A stretch of 38,253 bases of DNA. Source: a virus. Where the stretch lies: the IMG/VR virus record IMGVR_UViG_3300025607_000001. One strand, given 5' to 3'. Below, one piece after another: positions 1 through 9,640 of the stretch. The position numbers and the translations under genes are program-made. Position 1 is the first letter of the stretch; every line of letters starts with the position of its first letter. The notes below the pieces were generated by a model. That model did not search any database. It saw nothing but the letters and a program-made list of their open reading frames with translations, and was not told the DNA's origin.

Positions 1-127
1 ATCAGGTACAACAAGCTCAGTTACAAATGGCTAAAGATGGGTTGGCTGTTTGTGTTGGTGCAACATACTGGCTCAACAGACAGCACCCCAATACGTCTGA
101 GGGGCTTAACGGGTCAACAAACTTTGA
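1..127. repeat. Terminal overlap identical to 38127..38253 (circularisation signature)
   Basis: Base-by-base comparison: the first 127 nt equal the last 127 nt, and the identity runs exactly to both window edges. Confidence 0.97.
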
Positions 128-1088
128 AAGAATACACCTGAACCCACTTGGTTATCAGTATTTGGGTGATATGTTCAAAAGAGCCGTCAAACTTGGTACG
201 TCATTCAAGCCATTGCATGTAGAAAGTTATGAATGGGTAACAACAAAGCAATTAAAGTTACATGTACATAACCCTGAGATTGGCTCGACGCTTGTTATTG
301 ATACTACTCAGCCATTTTTACCAGCCTTTGCGGGCAGTGGCATAGAGGTCGAACGGCCTAATGGTGAGCTTTTCCCTGCAACCAACGTTACTGTCAATGA
401 GAACACAATCACTGTTGATTTTGCTGGTGACGTGCTGATAGGTGACAGGATTCGGTTAGGTTTTACGCCAGAAGATATGAAATATGACGGTGAATTTGCA
501 CCTAACCCAGCTATAGGTTCATACCCTTCTGCAATGATAGGCACAAACATAAGGGGCAGCAAGTCATTACCAGCAAGCCTTGGTAATGATGATTACTATG
601 ATTGGCTTGCGGTTGATTCGATAGATACCGAGGCGCTGCCATCTTCACCTGTAGTTGCTCGCGGTAATAATTGTTGGAAAACTGGGGCAACACAAGGTAT
701 AGCGGGATGGGGTTCTTCTCGCACTTTCCTTGGTGGGGTTATGACTGTCGTTACTGATGGTATTTCGGAGGAATTCCCGATATCACGAAGCCTACAAAAT
801 GCAGGGACAAATAAAGAGCACAGTACATGGAATATAAAAGCCGCTCGTACTTTTGAGTTTACCGCTAATGCCGCTATTGATACTGATATAGCGTATTACC
901 AAGTATTTATCGGAGGTGCTGGGACAAACATAGCACAATCAGACATAGTGGATGGCAAAGTAACGCTACAACTAACCGCAACAATTGATTTTGATATCCG
1001 TGTAGCATTGAAAGAACGAACTGGTGAGGATATCACAGCATTTACTGGCCACTTGAGTGATATAGAAATTAGAGAGGTGTTTAGCTAA
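1..1088 (+). CDS. Same esterase gene, C-terminal part (whole product 586 aa after removing the duplicated 127 nt)
   Basis: Track ORF 27..1088 is in frame with 37454... FERIHLNPLGYQYLGDMFKRA resembles the SASA/SGNH His block. The long C-terminal extension is unassigned. Confidence 0.65.
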   Translation, partial: QVQQAQLQMAKDGLAVCVGATYWLNRQHPNTSEGLNGSTNFERIHLNPLGYQYLGDMFKRAVKLGTSFKPLHVESYEWVTTKQLKLHVHNPEIGSTLVIDTTQPFLPAFAGSGIEVERPNGELFPATNVTVNENTITVDFAGDVLIGDRIRLGFTPEDMKYDGEFAPNPAIGSYPSAMIGTNIRGSKSLPASLGNDDYYDWLAVDSIDTEALPSSPVVARGNNCWKTGATQGIAGWGSSRTFLGGVMTVVTDGISEEFPISRSLQNAGTNKEHSTWNIKAARTFEFTANAAIDTDIAYYQVFIGGAGTNIAQSDIVDGKVTLQLTATIDFDIRVALKERTGEDITAFTGHLSDIEIREVFS

Positions 1089-1102
1089 ATATTTATGAGT
1101 AA

Positions 1103-1139
1103 AGAGGAAACCTTAACAAGTTTCCTCTGCTTCTTTTCC
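1103..1139 (+). terminator. Intrinsic terminator after the esterase gene
   Basis: 9-bp stem AGAGGAAAC / GTTTCCTCT with an 8-nt loop, followed by a T-rich tract. Confidence 0.6.
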
Positions 1140-1347
1140 GTACTTTTTAAGATTTAACTTCACCTGGTGGCTTTTAATGAAGCTGTCTCAACTCATTGTC
1201 GCTTATATCTAGTTATTAAAGGGAAAAGCAGACAATAGCTATTAGTCATTGCCGAACGCTTTTAAACCCAGTAATAACGGACTTCCACGGAAAATTACTA
1301 ATTAGCACAACCCACGAACAACACAACCTTAACAGAGTGAGTAATTT

Positions 1348-1569
1348 ATGAGTTTAACTTCAGGTAAACCACAAGAACACCAAGGCGGCGTTGTTGTCGT
1401 GCAAGTGGCCCTTAATTCAGGCACCGCCGTTATTGAGGCGTCAGTAGGCAACTTACCTTTTAAGCCATTTAAAACAGTGACCATTCCCGACGAGTTTGTC
1501 AGAGTGCAATTGAACGCCGGTAATCGTTGGCGTGTAGTGTTAACCGGTGCGGCTGTTGCCGCTATCTAG
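1348..1569 (+). CDS. Hypothetical small protein (73 aa)
   Basis: Track ORF in the late-operon orientation, preceded by a purine-rich stretch. No recognisable motif. Confidence 0.45.
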   Translation: MSLTSGKPQEHQGGVVVVQVALNSGTAVIEASVGNLPFKPFKTVTIPDEFVRVQLNAGNRWRVVLTGAAVAAI

Positions 1570-1577
1570 CGCCCATT

Positions 1578-1943
1578 ATGACACGTAGAACCACAGGCCG
1601 CCCCTGCCGTCAATGCCGCATAGGTATTCACTATGGCTCGGGTTATTGCGCTAAGTGTGAGCCAAGTGCTACCACTACCAAATGGGCACAGCACCACAAA
1701 GGTAAGGGCACTACACAGCGCGGCTATGGTAGCGAATGGGAACAAGACAAGAAAATCATCTATCAACGTGACAAAGCATTGTGCCAACCCTGTCGGCGCA
1801 AAGGCATTGCAACCCAAGCCACACAGGTCGATCACAAGATAGCCAAGGCGAATGGCGGTACAGATGAACACCGCAATTTAGAGTGCATTTGTACACCTTG
1901 CCATGACACTAAAACCGCACAAGATAGACGAACGAGGCGTTAA
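1578..1943 (+). CDS. HNH endonuclease (HK97 gp74-like, terminase-associated)
   Basis: Internal ATG of track ORF 1527..1943. Has Cys pairs CRQC, CAKC, CQPC, CTPC and DHKIAKANGG...HRNL...CHDTKT, i.e. an HNH motif. It sits just upstream of the terminase genes. Confidence 0.85.
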   Translation: MTRRTTGRPCRQCRIGIHYGSGYCAKCEPSATTTKWAQHHKGKGTTQRGYGSEWEQDKKIIYQRDKALCQPCRRKGIATQATQVDHKIAKANGGTDEHRNLECICTPCHDTKTAQDRRTRR

Positions 1944-2166
1944 AACTATGGCTCAACCCTTAACAATCACTATAAAATTAGCGCTACCTGGTTTCGTTTT
2001 TATGTCTTGGGTGTGGTCATTGTGAGCAAATTAACAGGCCGTAAAATAGACCCGCTAAAGCTCAATTACTGGTTAGATAAAGCATTAACCTTTACTGACG
2101 GGCAAGGCAATAAAATAAAAGGCTTAGACAATGATTCACGCATTAACAAGTAGCCTTATTCACATA

Positions 2167-2227
2167 GGGGGGGTGGTCAAATCGCTACAGCCTTTTGCTT
2201 CCTGACCGTACCCCCAGGCTTTTTTTT
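2167..2227 (+). other. GC-rich imperfect hairpin plus T8 run in the HNH-terS gap (candidate terminator and/or cos region)
   Basis: GGGGTGGTCA (2170-2179) pairs with TGACC-gt-ACCCC (2203-2214). A G7 run lies at 2167-2173 and T8 at 2220-2227. Confidence 0.3.
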
Positions 2228-2293
2228 ATGTGCGCGCATGAGAAAGTTTTAGATCCTACCAAGATCCTTTAGAAAATAACCAAAGTGATTAAG

Positions 2294-2307
2294 TGTGACG
2301 CGTCACA
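2294..2307. repeat. Perfect palindrome TGTGACGCGTCACA, copy 1 of 3
   Basis: 14-bp perfect palindrome ending 15 nt before the terS ATG. The 12-nt core GTGACGCGTCAC recurs at 30561 and 36330. Confidence 0.9.
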
Positions 2308-2322
2308 GATAAGGTTTTCATT

Positions 2323-2784
2323 ATGGCACGAAAAGGCGGGCAACAAGCCAAGCCCACGGCACTGAAAAAAGCACAGGGCAATTTGGGCAAACGAAAATTA
2401 AATGAGCGCGAGCCAGAATATCAAACGCTAACGCACATTGACCCGCCAAGTAGCTTGGTTGGTAACATCGCTATTCAGGCTTGGGAATTTTACATGCCCG
2501 AGTTAATCAACAATAAAATTTTAACGGTTGTTGATATTCACAACCTAGAGCAATTTTGTAATTGCATGGATTACATTCAGCAAATGGATGAAATTCTAAA
2601 AGATTCACATTTCATTGTGGGCAAAGCGGGAATGAAAAAACACCCAGCCCACACCATACGCGCTGAGAACTTACGGTTTTTAGATAAGTTCGGCTCATTG
2701 CTTGGGCTTGATCCTAGCAGTCGAGTTGGTTTGATAGGTAAAGATAAAAACCCAGATAAGACAAACCCTTTTTCAAAGTTTTAA
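2323..2784 (+). CDS. Terminase small subunit (P27/Terminase_4-like)
   Basis: N-terminal KPTALKKAQGNLGKRKLNEREPE and C-terminal LGLDPSSRVGL are typical of P27-family small terminases. It lies directly upstream of terL. Confidence 0.85.
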   Translation: MARKGGQQAKPTALKKAQGNLGKRKLNEREPEYQTLTHIDPPSSLVGNIAIQAWEFYMPELINNKILTVVDIHNLEQFCNCMDYIQQMDEILKDSHFIVGKAGMKKHPAHTIRAENLRFLDKFGSLLGLDPSSRVGLIGKDKNPDKTNPFSKF

Positions 2785-2790
2785 AATTCT

Positions 2791-4518
2791 ATGGCCAGTT
2801 ACCCTAATGTAAACGCCGCATTTCGTTATGCGCGTGAAGTTGTCGCGGGTAAAATCTTAGTTAATCAATTGGTGCTTGCTGCTTGCCAACGTCATTTAGA
2901 CGATATGGAAAGAGCCAAAATGAGGACTAAAGATTTTCCCTATGTCTTTGACAAAGAACTGGCCGAAAGAAACTGTGAATTTATTCAATTGTTGCCACAC
3001 GCTAAAGGTAAGTGGGCCGCAAAAAAAGAACTGATCGTTTTACAACCTTGGCAATTATTCATTCAATGTATGATTTATGGCTGGGTACATCGCAAAGAAA
3101 AAACCCGCCGCTTTCGTACCGTGTATATTGCCGTTCCCAGAAAAAATGGTAAGTCGGTAATTGCAGCCGGAAACGGATTAGCATTATTTTGTGCTGATGG
3201 TGAATACGGTAGCGAGGTTTATTGTGGTGCGACAAATGAGAAACAAGCGTTAGAGGTTTTTCGCCCTGCTAAGGCAATGGCGAAAAAGACCCCTGAATTA
3301 TTAGAACACTTTGGCATTGAAGTTAATGCCAAGTCGCTTTTTATCGGTAGTGATGAATCACGCTTTGAACCTGTCATTGGCGATCCTGCTGATGGTGCAA
3401 GCCCACAGTGCTTTATTATTGACGAATACCACGAACACAGAACAAGCGCGATGTTAGATACTGCGCAAACAGGAATGATGGCGCGCGATCAGCCGCTTAC
3501 ACTAATTATCACCACTGCTGGTTTCAATGTCGACGGGCCATGTTATCAAATGGAACTTGATATACGTGATCTGCTAGAGGGTAAGTTACATAACGATCAG
3601 CTGTTTGGCATTATTTACGGCCTTGATAAAGACGACGATTGGACAGACCCAATTAACCTGGCGAAAGCTAACCCTAATTTTGGCGTGTCTATTAACGCAC
3701 AAACGTTAATGCAAGATCACAAGCAAGCAGTACAACTGGCCCATAAAGCCAACGCCTTTAAAACCAAGCATTTTAATATTTGGGTTGCTGCCGCGAATGC
3801 CTTTTTTAATATGCAGCACTGGAACCAAGGAAAAGACCCTGATTTAGATGCTAGCGCCTTTTGTTATGACGATGCTTGGTTTTGTTTAGATTTAGCGAGC
3901 AAAATTGATATAGCCGCGTTTATTCGTGTCTTTGTTCGTCACATTGATGGGGTTATTCATTACTACATTTTTTCACGGTTCTATATTCCTTATGACACCG
4001 CCCATGATACTGAACACCCAAGTTATGATTTATATCAAGAGTGGATAAAGTCTGGTGAATTAGAAGTAACCGGCGATGCCGAAATTGATTTTAATGCCAT
4101 CGAAAAAGATGTAGTGCATTTTTCCGAGGGTTGCCAAGTTCGAGAAATACCACACGATCAGTGGAACGCTTTGCAAATGGCCAGTTCTTTGGCTGCACAA
4201 GGTTTTACCCCTGTTGCCGTACCACAAACCGCGCCGCATTTTTCCCCTGCCATGAAAGAAATGGAAGCGGCTCTTGCTGCCGGTAGGGTACACCATAGCG
4301 GTAATCGTGTTTTAACTTGGATGGTTGGCAACGTAACCAGCCATGAAGATTGGAACGGTAATCACTTTCCACGAAAAGAAACTAAAACCAGCACGCGAAA
4401 AATTGACGGGGCAGTAGCCGCCATCATGGGCATAGGCCGAGCGATGCACGACCAAGGCGATTACTCTATTTATGACGATCCCAACTACGACCCAAGCGAA
4501 GCGAGCCTTGACGATTAA
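2791..4518 (+). CDS. Terminase large subunit
   Basis: 575 aa with a Walker A-like VPRKNGKS, a Walker B-like CFIIDEYHEH and a C-terminal nuclease region. Position is canonical. Confidence 0.93.
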   Translation: MASYPNVNAAFRYAREVVAGKILVNQLVLAACQRHLDDMERAKMRTKDFPYVFDKELAERNCEFIQLLPHAKGKWAAKKELIVLQPWQLFIQCMIYGWVHRKEKTRRFRTVYIAVPRKNGKSVIAAGNGLALFCADGEYGSEVYCGATNEKQALEVFRPAKAMAKKTPELLEHFGIEVNAKSLFIGSDESRFEPVIGDPADGASPQCFIIDEYHEHRTSAMLDTAQTGMMARDQPLTLIITTAGFNVDGPCYQMELDIRDLLEGKLHNDQLFGIIYGLDKDDDWTDPINLAKANPNFGVSINAQTLMQDHKQAVQLAHKANAFKTKHFNIWVAAANAFFNMQHWNQGKDPDLDASAFCYDDAWFCLDLASKIDIAAFIRVFVRHIDGVIHYYIFSRFYIPYDTAHDTEHPSYDLYQEWIKSGELEVTGDAEIDFNAIEKDVVHFSEGCQVREIPHDQWNALQMASSLAAQGFTPVAVPQTAPHFSPAMKEMEAALAAGRVHHSGNRVLTWMVGNVTSHEDWNGNHFPRKETKTSTRKIDGAVAAIMGIGRAMHDQGDYSIYDDPNYDPSEASLDD

Positions 4519-4678
4519 CATCGTTTTTATTTTAGGGTTTATCGCGTTAACAGCGGGTTTATATTTACATTACGGCTTAGCCATTACGTTGATAACCACA
4601 GGCTGTTTACTGCTTGTCTTGGCTTTGGCGGCAGTGCTTAAACCAACGAAAATCATTATCAATAAGCAAGGCGCTTAA
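4472..4678 (+). CDS. Small two-TM membrane protein between terL and portal (start uncertain; TTG 4508 possible)
   Basis: Two hydrophobic segments (IVFILGFIALTAGLYL, ITTGCLLLVLALAAVL). It ends 2 nt before the portal ATG. Confidence 0.35.
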   Translation: MTIPTTTQAKRALTINIVFILGFIALTAGLYLHYGLAITLITTGCLLLVLALAAVLKPTKIIINKQGA

Positions 4679-4679
4679 C

Positions 4680-5969
4680 ATGTTAACGAATTTATTTGAA
4701 AGCCGATCTACTCTAAGTTCTAGTTATCCGGCAGTGCTTGAACTCTTTGGCCTAGCTAACACCGAGGCAGGGGTTGCGGTGACTGAAAACAACGCCTTAA
4801 AACTTAGCGCGGTATACAGTTGTTTTTATGTGCTGTCTTCCTCGCTTGCTCAATTACCTTTGCACGTATTAAGAAAAACAAAAGACAGTCGCGGCAAAGA
4901 GCTTATAGAAAGAGCCAGTGATCACCCCGTCTTTCATTTGCTGCACGACGAGCCAAACATGTGGCAAACCAGTTATGAATGGCGCGAAAGTAAAATGTAT
5001 CAAACCCTTGCGTGGGGTAATGGTTTTACTGAAATTATTCGTCGTAGAAATGGCGAAATAATGGAGCTTGATCACCTCGACACATGGAATATATCACCGC
5101 CCGAAAGAGGCACCGCCTCAAATAAATGGCTCTATCCCTTATGGGATGAAGACGGCAAAAAAAATCGCGCTATTCGTCCTGAGAACATGTTGCACATTAA
5201 AGCGCTCACAGGTAATAAAAAATGGGGTGTTAGCCCTATACGCCAACACGCCGACACCATCGGACTTGGTTTGGCTGCGCAAAAATATGGTAGCCAGTTC
5301 TTTGGCTCGGGTGGTCGTCCAAGTGGCATATTAATCAATAAATCAGGCGGTCAACGTGGCGATGGTCAGAACAATTTAAAAGAAGCTTGGAAAGCTGGTG
5401 GTATAGGTAAAGGCGGTGGCCGTACTGCGGTATTACATGGTGATGTGCAATACCAAGCCATTACCATTAGCCCAGAAGAGGCGCAATTTTTAGAAACCCG
5501 CAAAATGACCCGATCAGAAATCGCCGGTATTTTTAACGTGCCCGCGCACATGATTAACGATTTAGACAAAGCCACCTTTTCAAATATCACCCAACAATCA
5601 ATACAATTTGTTCGTCACACTATGGTTCCTTGGGTGGTTAAGTATGAACAAGAATTAAACCGAAAATTATTTACTACCGCTGAACGCTTAGCGGGTTATT
5701 ACGTTAAATTTAATTTAGCCGGTTTATTGCGCGGTACACCAAAAGAGCGCGCCGAATTTTATCACTATGGCATTACTGATGGCTGGATGGATAGAAACGA
5801 AGCAAGAGCGTTTGAAGAAATGAATCAACGCGATGGCTTAGACCAGCTATTAATTAGCGTCAACGCTAAACACCCTGATCAACTTATCGAAGACGGCAAA
5901 CCAGACGATAAGACCGAAGACACACCCAACAATAACCCCGAAGATAAAGGCGCAAGTGATGAAACATAA
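4680..5969 (+). CDS. Portal protein (HK97 family)
   Basis: Internal ATG of track ORF 4614..5969. Length, position and the motif SGILINKSGG...EEAQFLETRKMTRSEIAGIFNVPAHMI are typical of HK97-type portals. Confidence 0.88.
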   Translation: MLTNLFESRSTLSSSYPAVLELFGLANTEAGVAVTENNALKLSAVYSCFYVLSSSLAQLPLHVLRKTKDSRGKELIERASDHPVFHLLHDEPNMWQTSYEWRESKMYQTLAWGNGFTEIIRRRNGEIMELDHLDTWNISPPERGTASNKWLYPLWDEDGKKNRAIRPENMLHIKALTGNKKWGVSPIRQHADTIGLGLAAQKYGSQFFGSGGRPSGILINKSGGQRGDGQNNLKEAWKAGGIGKGGGRTAVLHGDVQYQAITISPEEAQFLETRKMTRSEIAGIFNVPAHMINDLDKATFSNITQQSIQFVRHTMVPWVVKYEQELNRKLFTTAERLAGYYVKFNLAGLLRGTPKERAEFYHYGITDGWMDRNEARAFEEMNQRDGLDQLLISVNAKHPDQLIEDGKPDDKTEDTPNNNPEDKGASDET

Positions 5970-6582
5970 AATTGCTCAAGGCGAACAAGAAACCCGTATT
6001 TTTAGCGCCGAAGTGCGTGCCTATACCCCAGAGGGTGAAAGCCTCCCACACTTAACGGGTTATGGCGCAATGTTTAATAGTCGCTCTGAAAATTTAGGCG
6101 GCTTTCGTGAAATCATCAAAGAGGGCGCTTTTGATGAAGTGATAGATCAAGACGTTCGCGGCTTTTTCAATCACGATCCTAACTATATGCTTGGCCGTAC
6201 AGCGTCCGGCACCATGACATTAACCATTGATGCTCGCGGCTTACATTATGATATTACCCCGCCTGATAGCCAAACCATACGCGATTTAGTGTTAACACCC
6301 ATGGAACGTGGCGATATTAATCAATCATCATTTACCTTTATTGTTGCCCGTGATGGTGATCGCTGGTACGAAGACGAAGAGGGCATAATTATTAGAGAAA
6401 TAAGCAAAATATCACGCTTGCTCGATGTTAGCCCCGTATCTATCCCCGCCTACCCAGATACCACAGCAGCAAGTCGCGGCTTTGGTGATTTTGAAAAAAA
6501 CAAACAAGCCATGACTGACGGCCTTGAGGGCCAAGAGCAAAGACAACGAAGACAAAGACAATTGTTTCTTATTAATAAATAA
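5956..6582 (+). CDS. Prohead serine protease (HK97 / S78 family)
   Basis: LTGYGAMFNSRSENLGGFREIIKEGAFDEV...FFNHDPNYMLGR matches the HK97 prohead protease pattern. It overlaps the portal stop. Confidence 0.88.
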   Translation: MMKHKIAQGEQETRIFSAEVRAYTPEGESLPHLTGYGAMFNSRSENLGGFREIIKEGAFDEVIDQDVRGFFNHDPNYMLGRTASGTMTLTIDARGLHYDITPPDSQTIRDLVLTPMERGDINQSSFTFIVARDGDRWYEDEEGIIIREISKISRLLDVSPVSIPAYPDTTAASRGFGDFEKNKQAMTDGLEGQEQRQRRQRQLFLINK

Positions 6583-6613
6583 ATTTTAACAGCACCACCA
6601 AGCAAACCCCATG

Positions 6614-6646
6614 CCCGCATTTTCATATGAGAATACGGGTTTTTTT
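6614..6646 (+). terminator. Intrinsic terminator-like hairpin plus T7 upstream of the capsid gene
   Basis: Imperfect stem CCCGCATTTTCA / TGAGAATACGGG followed by TTTTTTT. Confidence 0.5.
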
Positions 6647-6672
6647 ATACCTGTATTAAAGGAAAGTTAACT

Positions 6673-7881
6673 ATGGCTTTATTAAAAGATAAAGTAGAAA
6701 AACGCAATCTTATCGCAAAGCAAATGCGTAGTTTAAATGATGAAATTGGCGATAAAAAATGGACTCCTGATCAAGAAAAACGTTGGGGTAACATGCAGCA
6801 AGAGCATGAAGATATTGATCAAGCAATTGTCCGTGAAGAACGTTTATTAAAGTTAGATGAAAACTCACTTGATACTAACGAGCCTGAACAACGCAATTTA
6901 GCCGGTGATCTTGACTCAGTAGAGCAGCGCAGTTCTAACGCCTTTGAAAAAGGCATCCGTTATGGCTTTGAAAGCTTAGACACGGAAGAACGTAAGCTAG
7001 TTATTGAAGCACGCGCACAAAGTGTTGGCACTGACTCAAAGGGCGGTTTTACTGCACCAACACAATTTAGAAATCAAGTGTCGGATGCCATGAAAGCCTT
7101 TGGTGGTCTTGCTCAAATTGCCACTATTTTAAATACTGACAGTGGTAATAATATTTCATGGCCGGTAAGTGACGGCACCAGTGAAATGGGCGTCATGATT
7201 GCTGAAAACGCCCAAGCGGGTGAAGAAGATGCAGAATTTAGCGAAGAAACATTAGGCGCTAAAAAAATGACCTCAAAAATCATTCGTGTCTCTAATGAAT
7301 TATTAACCGACAGCGGTGTTGATATTGGCGCGTATTTATCACGCCGTATTGGTCAACGTATTGGCCGTGGAGAAGCGAATCAGCTAATTAACGGTAGTGG
7401 CACAGGTAACAGCATTAACGGTTTATTAAACCAAGCTAATGTCGGCCATACTGCCGCCGGTACTGGCGCATTAACGTGGGAAGAGTTCCTTACCCTTAAA
7501 CACAGTGTTGATCCTGCTTATCGTGCGGGCCTTGCGCATTGGTTATTTAATGACACTACCTTATTAAGCCTTAAAACCATGAAAGATGGCCAAGGCCGAC
7601 CGCTTTGGATGCCGTCTGTTGCTGGCCTTACTCCGGCAACGATTGATAACGATGCGTATCAAATCGATCAGGGTATGCCGTCTATTGGTGCGGGTAATGT
7701 GCCTGTTGCTTACGGTGATTTTAAGGCGGTGCAAGTTCGCCGCGTTAAAGCGATGGGTATCAAACGTTTATTAGAGAAATACGCCGAGTTTGATCAGGTT
7801 GGCTTCTTGGCATTTCATCGTTTTGATATGGTGCTTGAAGATTTAGGCGCAGTTAAAACAATGAAAAACGCCGCTGCTTAA
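6673..7881 (+). CDS. Major capsid protein (HK97 fold, with N-terminal delta/scaffold domain)
   Basis: 402 aa with a coiled-coil N-terminus followed by GGFTAPTQF and a C-terminal HK97-like region. A strong RBS AAAGGAAAG precedes it. Confidence 0.9.
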   Translation: MALLKDKVEKRNLIAKQMRSLNDEIGDKKWTPDQEKRWGNMQQEHEDIDQAIVREERLLKLDENSLDTNEPEQRNLAGDLDSVEQRSSNAFEKGIRYGFESLDTEERKLVIEARAQSVGTDSKGGFTAPTQFRNQVSDAMKAFGGLAQIATILNTDSGNNISWPVSDGTSEMGVMIAENAQAGEEDAEFSEETLGAKKMTSKIIRVSNELLTDSGVDIGAYLSRRIGQRIGRGEANQLINGSGTGNSINGLLNQANVGHTAAGTGALTWEEFLTLKHSVDPAYRAGLAHWLFNDTTLLSLKTMKDGQGRPLWMPSVAGLTPATIDNDAYQIDQGMPSIGAGNVPVAYGDFKAVQVRRVKAMGIKRLLEKYAEFDQVGFLAFHRFDMVLEDLGAVKTMKNAAA

Positions 7882-7905
7882 TCAATCGTAGCAAGTAACA
7901 TTTTT

Positions 7906-7937
7906 AGCCGCTATTTTATCAAATAGCGGCTTTTTAT
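7906..7937 (+). terminator. Intrinsic terminator after the capsid gene
   Basis: 10-bp perfect stem AGCCGCTATT / AATAGCGGCT with a 6-nt loop, then TTTTTA. Confidence 0.7.
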
Positions 7938-7950
7938 TGGAGTATACCCC

Positions 7951-8460
7951 ATGAGTGAGAAACAAATTTTAGTGGTATTAACTACGTGCTTGGCCACGGG
8001 CCTTGGTAGTTTTGGTGTCGGTGATAGTTTCCCCTGTAAAAGTGAAGACGAAGCCAAACGCATGGTTGATGCAGGGCAAGCAACATACCCCAGCACTGAA
8101 CATGTATCACAAGCAGAGTTCAACGCGTTGCAATTGGTTAATCAGGGCTTAGTAACTGACTTAGCCGCCGCTAATGAAAAGCTAACCTTGTCAGGTGAAG
8201 TGCCAGGCGAATTACCCGCCGAAGTAAAACAGAAAATTAGCGATCTTGAATTACAACTTGTTAGCGCTAATGAACAATTGAAACAGCCAACGACTTTACC
8301 TGTAGAAGTTGAAGATCAAATAAATAAATTAACCACCGAGTTAACATCATCGAATAAAGAAAAAGAAGAGTTAGAAAAAAACTTAGAAGCAGCAAGTAAA
8401 AATATTATTGCTATCAATAAAAAGTTAAAAGCGGCAGAAACCAAGCTAAAGGCTAAGTAA
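7951..8460 (+). CDS. Coiled-coil head-associated protein (function unknown)
   Basis: Track ORF with RBS GGAG. The C-terminal two thirds are heptad-rich (LELQLVSANEQLKQ...KEKEELEKNLE). Confidence 0.5.
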   Translation: MSEKQILVVLTTCLATGLGSFGVGDSFPCKSEDEAKRMVDAGQATYPSTEHVSQAEFNALQLVNQGLVTDLAAANEKLTLSGEVPGELPAEVKQKISDLELQLVSANEQLKQPTTLPVEVEDQINKLTTELTSSNKEKEELEKNLEAASKNIIAINKKLKAAETKLKAK

Positions 8461-8462
8461 TC

Positions 8463-8810
8463 ATGTTATTGACGTTACCAGTAATCAAACAGCAGTGCCG
8501 TATTAATCCAGATGATGATAGCCGCGATGCCTTATTAACGGTTTATGGCAATTCAGCCAAAAAAACCATTGAGAATAAAACCGGCCGTAAATTGTTTGCG
8601 TTAAAAACGGAAATACCAGCGGAAAATGGTTGGTATGCGTCAATAGATGATTGCCCTGATCTTATGTTAGCTATGTTGTTATTGGTAACGCATTATAACG
8701 ACAATCCAAGCGCCACGACTGAAAGCACTACGCGAACATTGCCGTTTTCAGTAAAAGACTTGGTTTCGCCTTACATCGTCTGTGATTCATCAATACTACC
8801 AGACGCTTAA
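8463..8810 (+). CDS. Head-tail connector (gp6-like)
   Basis: LPVIKQQCRINPDDDSRDALLTVYGNSAKKTIENKTGRKL resembles the gp6-like connector N-terminal pattern. Position follows the capsid gene. Confidence 0.7.
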   Translation: MLLTLPVIKQQCRINPDDDSRDALLTVYGNSAKKTIENKTGRKLFALKTEIPAENGWYASIDDCPDLMLAMLLLVTHYNDNPSATTESTTRTLPFSVKDLVSPYIVCDSSILPDA

Positions 8811-8882
8811 AGTAAATAATTAGTAAATCATTAGTATGTATATTTTATTTCTTTTTGCATATTATTTTTAATGGATTAACGC

Positions 8883-9194
8883 ATGATTTTAGCAAAAGAC
8901 TTAAAACATATCGGCTTAATAAAAGCGCCGACTAGTTACAATGTCACTGGCCAAGCTATTGGTTGGGAAACTCAGTTTTCTTTATATTTTGGCATTGATA
9001 ATGAAGCCGTTAGCGAAGCGGATCAAAGTAATAACAGCGGTAATCAAAAAACGCTGTCTTTGTTCACCCGTTATGATGTCCGGATTCAAAACGCACAGGT
9101 TATTTTTGCTAACGGACACAGTTATAAAATAAGCCAGCTTGATAATGTCGAGCTAGCAAATCGCCGTTTAAATTTCACCGCCACACCGCTTTAA
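8883..9194 (+). CDS. Head closure / head-tail adaptor protein
   Basis: About 100 aa, with a C-terminal ...GHSYKISQLDNVELANRRLNFTA pattern typical of adaptor proteins. Call also rests on gene order. Confidence 0.6.
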   Translation: MILAKDLKHIGLIKAPTSYNVTGQAIGWETQFSLYFGIDNEAVSEADQSNNSGNQKTLSLFTRYDVRIQNAQVIFANGHSYKISQLDNVELANRRLNFTATPL

Positions 9195-9214
9195 TTACTC
9201 ACTAAAGGTTATTT

Positions 9215-9640
9215 ATGATCTCTTCTTCAATGAATGTTAAGGGATTGGCCGAGTTAGACAAAGCACTGGCTAAAATTGGGGCTGTTGCCGGTGGTCGTGC
9301 CTTGGTTGCTGCGCTAAAAGATGCAGCCGAGCCGGTACATTCTCACATGGTAGCCAATGCCCCCGAAGATTCAGGCGATTTAAAAGCTAGAATTAAAAAA
9401 CGTGCTAAAAAAGGAAAAGGCGGGGGTAAAACCAGTGCCAAGGTTAGTGTAGGTACTGCAAAAGTTGATTTTTACGGCGCAATATCTAACGAATTTGGCC
9501 GTCCTGACAGGCCACCAAAACCCTTTATTCGCTTAGCATTAGAGAAAAACTGGCGCAAATCAGCGTCTATTTTCAGCTACGCATTAAAAAAACGTATTCA
9601 ACAACAAGCCAAGCGCTTAGCCAAGCAAGCCGCAAAATAA
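9215..9640 (+). CDS. HK97 gp10-like head-tail joining protein
   Basis: APEDSGDLKARIKK motif and a basic C-terminus, plus gene order. Confidence 0.6.
   Translation: MISSSMNVKGLAELDKALAKIGAVAGGRALVAALKDAAEPVHSHMVANAPEDSGDLKARIKKRAKKGKGGGKTSAKVSVGTAKVDFYGAISNEFGRPDRPPKPFIRLALEKNWRKSASIFSYALKKRIQQQAKRLAKQAAK

Noticed and set aside
1-127. The 127-bp repeat as a biological direct terminal repeat or LTR
   Set aside because: It lies inside a continuous ORF and ends exactly at the window edges. Its length equals a common assembler k-mer. The HNH plus P27-type terminase pair predicts cos ends elsewhere (1944-2322). It is more simply an artefact of a circular contig.
2294-2307. TGTGA...TCACA palindromes as CRP-binding sites
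   Set aside because: The CRP consensus has a 6-bp spacer (TGTGA-N6-TCACA). These have N4 (CGCG) and are identical GC-rich copies, which suggests a dedicated element-encoded binder.
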